64,000 bases of DNA. Origin: Myxococcota bacterium. Lineage in GTDB: Bacteria > Myxococcota_C > UBA6777. Below, piece by piece: positions 19,813-28,233 of this stretch (positions are counted from its first letter, which is position 1; each line of letters opens with the position of its first letter). Both the position numbers and the translations under genes were made by a program. The stretch lies in contig JAKLKB010000012.1 of NCBI GenBank assembly GCA_023150835.1, forward strand, positions 1 to 64,000. Direction: 5' to 3'. The notes under the pieces were generated by a model that was given only the letters and a program-made list of their open reading frames with translations, did no database searches and had not been told where the DNA came from.

Positions 19813-20946
19813 CTAATACAATTTGACACGGAAGTTGAGGATGCGTCCGCCCCGATCGATGCGTAAGGTGACGATTTGACCGATCTTAAAGTTTTCGAGG
19901 GTGGTCATGAGAGATTCGACGTTGGTGATACGGATCTGATTGATGGCAAGGATGATATCGCCGAGGATGATATCGCCGTCTTGGGTGGTACGCATACCTT
20001 GGATGCCGACACGACCGGCGGGGCCGTCGGCTTTGACTTGGCCGATCATGACGCCGATCTTGCCGAGGCTGCGCATCATCTCGGTATCTTGGTAAGGAAC
20101 GACGCCAAGGCGCGGATGGCGGAGCCGACCATAGCGGATGAGTTGAGGGACGATCTTGTTGACGGTATCGACGGGGACGGCAAAGCCGATACCTGCGCTT
20201 GCGCGAGAAGGGCTTTTGATAGCGGTGTTGATACCGATCAAGCGGCCTGCGCTATCGAGCAATGGGCCGCCTGAGTTGCCGGGGTTGATCGCCGCATCGG
20301 TCTGGATCACACCGAGGATGGGGCGCCCGCTCAATGAGCGGATCTGCCGATTGAGTGCGCTGACGACGCCCGTGGTAAGGGTGCGATCCAAGCCGAAGGG
20401 ATTGCCGATGGCAAGGACATTTTGGCCGACTTGGAGGTGATCGGAGCGTCCAACGGAGATCGGGAAGAGCTTGCTTGCGGGGGCATTGATGCGAAGCACA
20501 GCGATATCGCTGTTGGGAGCGCGCCCGACGACTCTTGCGATCCATGTGCTGCGATCGGGAAGACGGATGCGTACGGTGGTTGCATCGCGGATGACGTGAA
20601 AGTTGGTGATGATGTGGCCACGTCGATCCCAGACAAACCCCGAGCCTGTGCCTTGGCGGGGAGGTCCATCGCCAAAGATATCGAACGGATCGCGTTGGCT
20701 TTGGAGGGTGGTGATAAACACGACGGAGCGCGAAGCGGCCTTGAAGATGCGGATCACATTGCGCTCTCCGGGTTCAAGTTGAGAAGTCGCCTCTTTGGGG
20801 CGTTTGGCGCTTGCGGTGAAGTATTCGAGCGCAAACCAACACAACGTCGATGCGACGGCTGCGCTCACAAACATGCCGAGCCAATTTTTGATAGGGTGAT
20901 AGGTGGGTGGATTCCACAATCCATCGGAAGATTCTTGTTTTCGCAT
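19813..20946 (-). CDS. HtrA/DegP-family serine protease with one PDZ domain
   Basis: TM anchor; GSGFVW, TNFHVI, DIAVL, GNPFGL, TDAAINPGNSGGPL; start MRKQE inferred. Confidence 0.93.
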   Translation of the reverse strand: MRKQESSDGLWNPPTYHPIKNWLGMFVSAAVASTLCWFALEYFTASAKRPKEATSQLEPGERNVIRIFKAASRSVVFITTLQSQRDPFDIFGDGPPRQGTGSGFVWDRRGHIITNFHVIRDATTVRIRLPDRSTWIARVVGRAPNSDIAVLRINAPASKLFPISVGRSDHLQVGQNVLAIGNPFGLDRTLTTGVVSALNRQIRSLSGRPILGVIQTDAAINPGNSGGPLLDSAGRLIGINTAIKSPSRASAGIGFAVPVDTVNKIVPQLIRYGRLRHPRLGVVPYQDTEMMRSLGKIGVMIGQVKADGPAGRVGIQGMRTTQDGDIILGDIILAINQIRITNVESLMTTLENFKIGQIVTLRIDRGGRILNFRVKLY

Positions 20947-21085
20947 GGACGGCTCTCCGTGTTGGGAGAAAGCAAAAAAAACGGGCCACACAAAGAAGAT
21001 GTGAAGCCCGCGCAAAAGAATAAGCCGACTATGTGCGAAGATCAAGCGAAGCCCGTTGGTTGGGTCGCGCTTGATTTGGGGATCG

Positions 21086-21454
21086 TTAGGCTGGTTTGAT
21101 CTGGATGGTGCGGGCCTTGGTTTCGGGTGCTTTGGGGAGATGGATGGTCGCGACACCCTGTTCAAGTTTTGCAGCGATCTTGTCGACATCGACGCGTTGT
21201 TGGACTTGGAAAACGCGGCGATAATGTGTGGGCAAAAACTCCAAACCAAGGGCTTTTTCGCGATCAAACGGTGATTGTTCACCTTCGATGGTGAGTTGCT
21301 GATCGTGAAATTCGATGCGCAGCTTGTTGGCGGATACGCCCGGCAATTCAGCGACGACAAGGATCTCGTCGTTGTTCTCGAAGATATCGACCGAAGGTGT
21401 TGCGTAGAATCGTTCATCCGTAGCTTCTTGTGCAGTTTTGGTGGTCTGGGACAT
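21086..21454 (-). CDS. Hsp20/alpha-crystallin small heat-shock protein
   Basis: GGAGG RBS; PSVDIFE, AELPGV, AKLEQGVATIHLPK. Confidence 0.92.
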   Translation of the reverse strand: MSQTTKTAQEATDERFYATPSVDIFENNDEILVVAELPGVSANKLRIEFHDQQLTIEGEQSPFDREKALGLEFLPTHYRRVFQVQQRVDVDKIAAKLEQGVATIHLPKAPETKARTIQIKPA

Positions 21455-21518
21455 CGCGGCCTCCTTTAGAGATATTTTTGTATTTTTGTGTTTTTTATTT
21501 TGTAAAAATCTTTTTTTC

Positions 21519-21995
21519 TTATTTGGCAGAAGTATGGATCTCGATCTTGCGGGGCAAGACTTCTTGGGCTTTGGCCATCTCGATGGACAAGATGCCGTCT
21601 TGAAGGGTTGCTGTGACGCGCTCGACATCAATACGAACGGGCAAAGCGATGCTACGAGAAAACTGGAGGCTGGCGCGTTCTTGACGATGGGCGCGATAGC
21701 CTTCGGGGGCTTGGACTTTGCGTTCGCCGCGAACGGTGAGGTTTTCGGCATTCGCTTCGATGGTCAAGTTTTCTTCTTTGAGGCCGGGGACTTGCAGCGT
21801 CAACAGCAAACGCTCGCCTTGATCGAACAAGTTGGCTTTGGGCCATGTACGGGCTTGCAAGCCTTCGCGGCGTAGCGGAGCGGGTACCCATCCACGTTCC
21901 AAGTCTTTGAAAAGATGATCCATTTGTTGACGAAGCTCATCAAATACAGGAAGAGTATGGTTCAAGCCGTAAAGATTTCCCCAACGTGTAAGCAT
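21519..21995 (-). CDS. Hsp20/alpha-crystallin small heat-shock protein
   Basis: GGAGG RBS; VPGL, FSRSIALP, ATLQDGILSIEMAK. Confidence 0.92.
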   Translation of the reverse strand: MLTRWGNLYGLNHTLPVFDELRQQMDHLFKDLERGWVPAPLRREGLQARTWPKANLFDQGERLLLTLQVPGLKEENLTIEANAENLTVRGERKVQAPEGYRAHRQERASLQFSRSIALPVRIDVERVTATLQDGILSIEMAKAQEVLPRKIEIHTSAK

Positions 21996-22095
21996 GGTGT
22001 CCTCCATTTTTTGGATCGGCGCGAGAGAATCGATAGAATCAACGCGATCCAGATAATACGTTGTAATGATGATTGTTTTTTGCTTTTGGCGAGGG

Positions 22096-22123
22096 AAAGT
22101 TAATTCTTGCAAGGATCTTGTCA
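22096..22123 (-). promoter_or_regulatory. Putative sigma70 promoter of the hsp20-hsp20-htrA unit
   Basis: Minus strand TTGACA-16 nt-TAACTT, overlapped by a CTTG...CAAG dyad. Confidence 0.45.
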
Positions 22124-22357
22124 AGAAGATTTTTTCGCCTTTGTTTTCCCCAAGATCCATTGTTTCTCGCCGTTGCAAGAGAGATGTAATCACAGGGCGA
22201 TCGGTGTCAAGAAAAAAGAATGAGAGGAAAAGAGAGGCGTGAAGCAGTTGGCCCTAAAAAGCCGTGTTCGCGCTGTTTCAAGCGACAGAGTTGTCCGTGT
22301 GGAAAACAATTGATCTGTTCGCCCCTCTCGGGGTCAAGGGGCGACAGTCTATGGTGG

Positions 22358-22632
22358 GGTGTGGGGCGTTGCCCCATACGCGCCTTGTTAAGGTGGAAAC
22401 ACCGGAGGGTCGAGGATGATCGCCGTTTTGGGTGTCGGCCCCCCCTCATTCCCCCCGTGAACGGGGGGAAGTTGGAGCAGGCAAAGACGATCTCTCGTGC
22501 AAACAGCGTGCGGCATGGAAACCCAAAACCTCGCTGACTCCGACGTTCACTCCCTCCCCTGTTCACGGGGGAGGGCTGGGGTGGGGGGCCGACAAGCGCT
22601 TAACCTAACGCGTATGGGGCGTCGCCCCACAA
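22358..22632. repeat. Nested inverted-repeat element built from two palindrome families
   Basis: Outer pair GTGGGGCGTTGCCCCATACGCG / CGCGTATGGGGCGTCGCCCCAC; inner pair TGTCGGCCCCCC..CCCCCGTGAACGGGGG / CCCCTGTTCACGGGGG..GGGGGGCCGACA. Confidence 0.8.
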
Positions 22633-22842
22633 AAACAAACCCACCGGGTAAGTCCTAAAAAGATCAGCGTGGTGGGGAAGGAGGAACGGGTAGAGGACGC
22701 GCTTGACAGGGTGGGGGTGCTATGATACGACCTTGCGACGCCAAAACAGGGGGATCTGCGAAAGATGCGGATACTCCGAGAAGCCCGCGAGAAACAAACG
22801 GCGAGAAAGCATTGTGGATGCTGTTTTTTGGAGCAGAGAGGA

Positions 22843-24645
22843 ATGGAAGACGTGGTGGTGGAAAAACACAGAGGGCGCAAAAACGGACGGGCCGAAGCAA
22901 GCGGCAAGAGAGAGCGTTTTGGTCGGCTTGGTGTGTGGTTTGTGCTGTGGGTAGCGGGCGCATGGTTGGCGGGTGGTGGGGAAGCTTGGTCAGCGGATGA
23001 AGACGGAGTGCCGAAGACAACGAGCTTTTCGTTGAGCGGTTATTTTCGTTTCAGGGGCGATGTGCTTCATAACCCGGGGATGGGGGTTGCGCCGCGCACA
23101 GACGCCGAGATCGATCCAACAACGAACCCCCGTCGCTCACGTTTTGGACGGTTCCCGTTTTACCATCCAGCCGCAGCGTATCCGTTGTCTGAGGCGAGCC
23201 TTGGGCAGTCTTACAACAACGACAACCTGCCGCGTTGGTTGTCTTATGGGAATATGCGTTTGCGGGTGTTGGGGACGTTAAATGTTTCCGAGTACGTGCA
23301 GATCCATTCGACGTTGGACTTTTTGGACAACGTGGTCTTGGGTTCGACGCCACGAGGAAATGCGGGGTTGCTGACAGATCCGCTGATGCCGCTCCAAGGG
23401 CTAAGCGACACGCAAGTACCCCCAACCTACGGAGCCAACGGATTTACCGATGCGATCCGTGTTCGGCATATCTTTGCCTCGATCCAGTTGCCTTTTGGGA
23501 CGTTGGTGGCGGGTCGGATGCCGAACGAATGGGGATTGGGGATCATGGCCAACAGCGGGATGAAGCTCAACTCCGAGTGGGGCGATACGGTGGATCGTGT
23601 GGCCTATATACTGCCGTTGTTTGGGCATTTGATCATCCCTTCGTACGAATTCATGTCCTCAGGTCCGACGAGTGCTGCACCCAATCAATGGTGGGGACAG
23701 CCGTTTGATCTGGAGCAGGGCGATACAGTACACCAAGTGACCCTACGTGCGGGCAAGATCGATCGCGGTCAAGAGCTGCGAAAGAAGCTCGACAATGGGG
23801 ATCTGGTGGTGAATTATGGGATATATTTTTCGTATCGATGGCAGCAGTTGAGTTCGGAGTGTAGGCCGGGATCGACGTGTACAGGTGGTGCGCTGAATGG
23901 GGTGGGCCTTGCGCCGAACCAGATCGAACTTCGCACGCGGGGATTGTCGTTGTTTATCCCCGATGCTTGGTTTCGGTTGCAGCTTGGAAACCAGATGCGG
24001 ATCGAGTTTGAATGGAGCATGATGATCGGCACGATCGAACGGGGCCCCGATGGCAATCCCATCGATATCCTGCAATGGGGTGGGGCCTTTGAGTTCGAAT
24101 ACACACTGCTCAACGGCCAACTCAAGATCGGATTTGATGCGGGCATTGCTTCGGGAGATCGGGACTTTACATCGAGATGGGGCCGAGCCGCGCTAGACAC
24201 GGACGCTTCGATTAGCGCCGACAAACGCGGAAAGATCAACAACTTCCTGTTTGACCCTGACTATCAAATCGACATGATCCTTTGGCGCGAACTGTTTGGG
24301 ACGTTTACGAACGGCTTTTATCTTCGCCCTCACATTACGTACAACGTGTATGGAGATGCTTGGAAAGACGATGGCTTTGGGCTGCGCCTTGCGGGCATCT
24401 TCTCGGGTGCGTTGGTTCCCGAAGCGACGTTGGGAGCGGATCCGCTGCTTGGGGTCGAACTCAATGCGATGGCGCGTTACGCTTCAAGCGATGGCTACTC
24501 GATCGTCCTTGCGTATGGTGTGCTTTTCCCGCTCGCAGGGATGTCCTTTGCAGAAGTCGACAGCACAGGCCGCCGTCTCGAAGACAAAGTCATCGGCGCA
24601 GGGATCGCACAACGCATCCAAGTCCGCGTGAACGTGCGTTTCTAA
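22843..24645 (+). CDS. Outer-membrane beta-barrel protein, TIGR04551-like
   Basis: Signal peptide, SGYFRFRGD, GRMPNEWGLG, DTVDRV, FDPDYQID, C-terminal VNVRF; family name from recall. Confidence 0.75.
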   Translation: MEDVVVEKHRGRKNGRAEASGKRERFGRLGVWFVLWVAGAWLAGGGEAWSADEDGVPKTTSFSLSGYFRFRGDVLHNPGMGVAPRTDAEIDPTTNPRRSRFGRFPFYHPAAAYPLSEASLGQSYNNDNLPRWLSYGNMRLRVLGTLNVSEYVQIHSTLDFLDNVVLGSTPRGNAGLLTDPLMPLQGLSDTQVPPTYGANGFTDAIRVRHIFASIQLPFGTLVAGRMPNEWGLGIMANSGMKLNSEWGDTVDRVAYILPLFGHLIIPSYEFMSSGPTSAAPNQWWGQPFDLEQGDTVHQVTLRAGKIDRGQELRKKLDNGDLVVNYGIYFSYRWQQLSSECRPGSTCTGGALNGVGLAPNQIELRTRGLSLFIPDAWFRLQLGNQMRIEFEWSMMIGTIERGPDGNPIDILQWGGAFEFEYTLLNGQLKIGFDAGIASGDRDFTSRWGRAALDTDASISADKRGKINNFLFDPDYQIDMILWRELFGTFTNGFYLRPHITYNVYGDAWKDDGFGLRLAGIFSGALVPEATLGADPLLGVELNAMARYASSDGYSIVLAYGVLFPLAGMSFAEVDSTGRRLEDKVIGAGIAQRIQVRVNVRF

Positions 24646-24751
24646 AGCAAGACCTTTGGATCTTTAGAACAATCCTTTTTGGAAAAAGTAGAATCACCGA
24701 CGTAAAACACCGAAGGCATCGGTAGTTCGGACGATCTTGGAGAAAAGAACG

Positions 24752-25642
24752 ATGGAGAAGAAAAGATTTCGGGGTTCGATGGTTGCGATCGTGACACCTT
24801 TTCAAGCGGACGGCAGCCTTGATTGGGACGCGATGGCGCGTTTGATCGCCTTGCACATCCAAGAGGGAACGCATGCGTTGATCGTTTGCGGAACGACGGG
24901 CGAAACCCCAACGCTGACCGCCGAAGAACGCCACGCTCTGCTGACCTTTTCCATCAAGGAAGCCGCAGGACGCATCCCTGTGATCGCAGGGACAGGAACC
25001 AACAACACCGTCGAAGCTGTGGCGATGAGCCGAGAAGCGGAAGACCTCGGAGCAGATGGGCTTTTGGTCGTCACTCCCGCTTACAACAAACCCACCCAAG
25101 AAGGGATGTTGCATTACTACAACGCGATCATGTCGGCGACTTCGCTGCCTGTGGTCCTGTACAATGTCCCGGGACGCACCGCCTCGAACCTTTTGCCTGA
25201 GACCGTCGCCAAACTCGCCGAACACCCGCACGTTGTGGGCATCAAAGACGCGACTGGAAATATGATGGTCGCCAGCGATATCGTCGAGCAATGCGGCGAT
25301 CGGTTGGATCTGTTGTCAGGAGATGACTTTACCGCGCTTGCGTTGATGGCGCTCGGTGGCAAGGGCTGGATCTCTGTGACAGCCAATATCGTCCCTGCCC
25401 AGATGGTCGAGATGTACAACGCCTTTGTCGCGGGTGATATCGCCAAAGCCCGCCGCCTGCATTACACGCTCCAACCCCTCAACCGTGCGATGTTCTTGCA
25501 AAGCAACCCCATCCCCGTCAAAGCGGCACTTTCGCTGATGGGATATTGCAAAAACACGCTGCGCTCGCCGCTCTTGCCGATGCAAGGGGCTTCTTTGGAA
25601 GGCTTGCGCACGATCCTTCGCAACCAAGGGCTTGTGGACTAA
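24752..25642 (+). CDS. dapA: 4-hydroxy-tetrahydrodipicolinate synthase
   Basis: AIVTPF, GTTGE, PAYNKP, LYNVPGRT, GIKDATG, SGDD, SNPIPVK. Confidence 0.97.
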   Translation: MEKKRFRGSMVAIVTPFQADGSLDWDAMARLIALHIQEGTHALIVCGTTGETPTLTAEERHALLTFSIKEAAGRIPVIAGTGTNNTVEAVAMSREAEDLGADGLLVVTPAYNKPTQEGMLHYYNAIMSATSLPVVLYNVPGRTASNLLPETVAKLAEHPHVVGIKDATGNMMVASDIVEQCGDRLDLLSGDDFTALALMALGGKGWISVTANIVPAQMVEMYNAFVAGDIAKARRLHYTLQPLNRAMFLQSNPIPVKAALSLMGYCKNTLRSPLLPMQGASLEGLRTILRNQGLVD

Positions 25643-25789
25643 GACGAACTCCGCCTAGTGTGATCGACATGGGCAAGGGCCCCCCCGTGTTTGCCTAAGA
25701 ACAGGGCGATTGCAACGACTCGCACCGACAAGCAGAGCACACTTCCCTCGGATATCGCGTTATCCCAAACACAACACCACCATACGCCG

Positions 25790-25884
25790 ATGCATCAGAG
25801 AAAAGAATGCCGTTCACAAACAACGGTGCATCGGAGAAAAGAATGCCGTTCACAAACAACGGTGCATTGGAGAAAAGAATGCCG
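25790..25884 (+). repeat. 36-bp tandem repeat (about 2.5 copies) duplicating the dapB start region
   Basis: GAGAAAAGAATGCCG at 25798, 25834, 25870; three in-frame ATGs. Confidence 0.9.
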
Positions 25885-26685
25885 ACAGAAGTGATCATGT
25901 GTGGTGCAGGCGGAAGAATGGGCCGTCGGATCATGGCCCTTGCGATCGAACAGAACGCCTTTTCTTTGGTGGGAGCGATCGAGCGTGCAGAAAGCCCGTT
26001 GATCGGGGAAGATGCGGGGGTGGTCGCTGGTCTCGATCCGATCGGCGTATCCATCCAGTCGGCGCATTCTGCCCAAGCGGGCCAAGTCGTGATCGACTTT
26101 TCCAGCCTCGAAGCCTTGCCGAGCGTCGTGCGCAGCGTGCGCAGCCAAGGGGCGGCGTTGGTCTGCGGAACCACCGGCCTCAAAGAAGAACAGCAACAGC
26201 ACTTGCAAGAAGCATCCAAAGAGATCCCTGTGCTGTACAGCCCGAATATGAGCGTGGGTGTAAACCTGATGTTCTTGCTTGCGCGGCAAGTGGCGGCTTG
26301 GACAGGCGAAGAATTTGATATCGAGATCGTCGAAGCCCACCACCGTTTCAAACGAGACGCACCCTCGGGAACGGCGATGCGTTTGGCAGAGATGGTCGCA
26401 GAGGGACGCGGCGTAAAGCTCGAAGAGACGGCGCGTTATGCACGAGAAGGCATCATGCCCGAGCGCACCCGCCAAGAGATCGGCATCCAAACGCTGCGGG
26501 GGGGTGATATCGTAGGCGAGCATACGGTGTTTTTTTGCGGGATGGGCGAGCGTTTGGAACTGACGCACCGCGCCACCTCTCGCGATATCTTTGCGCGAGG
26601 CGCTTTGCGGGCCGCTGCGTGGCTGCAACACCAACCTGCTGGCCTGTATTCGATGTTTGACCTTTTGTCCTTCTCAAATCCCTGA
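25879..26685 (+). CDS. dapB: 4-hydroxy-tetrahydrodipicolinate reductase
   Basis: GAGGRMG, GTTG, NMSVGVN, EAHHRFKRDAPSGTA, RGGDIVGEH; alternative starts 25807 and 25843. Confidence 0.97.
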   Translation: MPTEVIMCGAGGRMGRRIMALAIEQNAFSLVGAIERAESPLIGEDAGVVAGLDPIGVSIQSAHSAQAGQVVIDFSSLEALPSVVRSVRSQGAALVCGTTGLKEEQQQHLQEASKEIPVLYSPNMSVGVNLMFLLARQVAAWTGEEFDIEIVEAHHRFKRDAPSGTAMRLAEMVAEGRGVKLEETARYAREGIMPERTRQEIGIQTLRGGDIVGEHTVFFCGMGERLELTHRATSRDIFARGALRAAAWLQHQPAGLYSMFDLLSFSNP

Positions 26686-27206
26686 TGGAACGGGCCTTTG
26701 TCGGGATCGGAACCAACCTTGGCCATCGGGAAACCTTTCTCACCTTTGCGCTCCAACATCTCGGACGCCTCGCATCGACGGGCGTATTGCGATGCTCGCC
26801 TTGGTATGAAACCGCTGCGGTGGGTGGGCCTGCTCAACCCGATTATCTCAACGCGGTGGCCTGCTTTGAGACGACGCTGTCTCCCCCTGCCCTACTTCTC
26901 CAACTTCAACGCATCGAAACGCTGGCTGGGCGCGAACGTTCGGTCTGGTGGGGGCCGCGCACTCTGGATCTGGATCTGCTTTGTCTTGGTACAGCGGTTG
27001 GGATATGGGAAGATCCGCCGTTGATCTTGCCGCATCCGCGCCTCCATCTGCGGCGCTTTGTGTTGCAACCGATGGCGGATGTCGCTCCGCACGCACAACA
27101 CCCGACACTTCATCGAGAGATACAGGAACTTTTGCGAGAGTGCGTGGACCCTTCTGCTGTGCGTCCCTACATACCGCAAGAACAGCCCAACAAGGAGGCT
27201 TTCTGA
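26685..27206 (+). CDS. folK: 2-amino-4-hydroxy-6-hydroxymethyldihydropteridine diphosphokinase
   Basis: GIGTNLG, YLNAV, WGPRTLDLDLL, LPHPRLHLRRFVL; TGATG overlap with dapB. Confidence 0.96.
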   Translation: MERAFVGIGTNLGHRETFLTFALQHLGRLASTGVLRCSPWYETAAVGGPAQPDYLNAVACFETTLSPPALLLQLQRIETLAGRERSVWWGPRTLDLDLLCLGTAVGIWEDPPLILPHPRLHLRRFVLQPMADVAPHAQHPTLHREIQELLRECVDPSAVRPYIPQEQPNKEAF

Positions 27207-27847
27207 TGAAACCGATCTCTTTTCGTCTGCCCTTCCACCAGATCGCCCTGCACTGGGGCGTCGTCACGGTTTTTCTCGCCACCGCCATCACGGTCTATCT
27301 TCTGGTCTTTGTTCTTCCCTACCAAGGACTTTCGTTGGAGCGTTGCCCCAGCACCTGCCACTACGATACAGACTGCTGGGTGCCAAACTGCACGCGAAAA
27401 GCCCGTTGCATCCGCGCTCAATGCAAACTTGCAGGTGGACACAAGCATTTTTTTAGTGCGATGTTGATCGGGCTTTTTGGCATCCTTGGCCTACTGTGGA
27501 CTGGCGTTGCGCTGTTCAAATCGCGTGCGCGTTTGACGATCGACGACCAAGGCCTGCGTCTGATCCGCCTTCACCGCGAGGTCTTCCTCGCATGGGAAGA
27601 CTTTTTGGGCATCACCTACCATGGCGTCAACACGCGCTTCGGCCACGAAGCCACCGTCTACTCTGTGACGGGCGATACGGGGATCTTCTCCTTCTTGACT
27701 TCGGGACTTCCCAAAGGCACCAGTACCCGCGATCTTGAACTCGGTGCCCTGTTCTTCTTTTCTCTCTCTCCTGACGATACCCAACAACTCCTCCAGATCA
27801 TCCAAGAAAAAACGGGGGCCACCCCTGAAACCGAACACGAGTGGTAA
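27206..27847 (+). CDS. Two-TM membrane protein with a six-Cys loop and possible PH-like C-terminal domain
   Basis: TGATG overlap with folK; TM-CPSTCHYDTDCWVPNCTRKARCIRAQC-TM; LTIDDQGL...LAWEDF. Confidence 0.75.
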   Translation: MKPISFRLPFHQIALHWGVVTVFLATAITVYLLVFVLPYQGLSLERCPSTCHYDTDCWVPNCTRKARCIRAQCKLAGGHKHFFSAMLIGLFGILGLLWTGVALFKSRARLTIDDQGLRLIRLHREVFLAWEDFLGITYHGVNTRFGHEATVYSVTGDTGIFSFLTSGLPKGTSTRDLELGALFFFSLSPDDTQQLLQIIQEKTGATPETEHEW

Positions 27848-27975
27848 CACGAAATCCGCCTATCGTGTGCTCGCAACATATCGGGCCTCGGCTCGCCCTC
27901 GTGACAAGATGTCATCCCGCCTCTTCTCTCCGCCCTTTTCGGGTAGCATCACAAAGCCCCGATGCTGTAAGATAT

Positions 27976-28001
27976 TTGACAAGAAAATCGTTTCTTGCCA
28001 A
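27976..28001. promoter_or_regulatory. Imperfect palindrome upstream of gspD, possible operator over a TTGACA
   Basis: TTGACAAGAAA-ATCG-TTTCTTGCCAA, arms 10/11 complementary. Confidence 0.4.
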
Positions 28002-28233
28002 AGGTATGCTTTTTGCTCGCAAGGCTTTTTGTACCGCATTCCCCACCAAGACGGGGGTTTGGGACTCCAAGGAAAAGAAGCCTCGACGGATACAAAGATG
28101 AGGACGCACGCGCCCGAAGAGACGAGAATTGCGAAGTAGTGTAGTGTCACTTGCGCCGAACCAGCGTTGGATGGACACTGCGCACTCTCAAAGAGACGAG
28201 CCTCACGAAGCGATGGCACAAGGAGAAAAAAAC

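Noticed and set aside
19813-22193. Long N-terminal extensions of HtrA and the Hsp20 proteins in the ORF track
   Set aside because: They overlap neighbouring genes; downstream ATGs (with GGAGG for both Hsp20) give typical sizes.
22703-22726. Canonical sigma70 promoter TTGACA...TATGAT before the barrel gene
   Set aside because: Spacer is only 12 bp; at most an extended -10 element, too weak to call.
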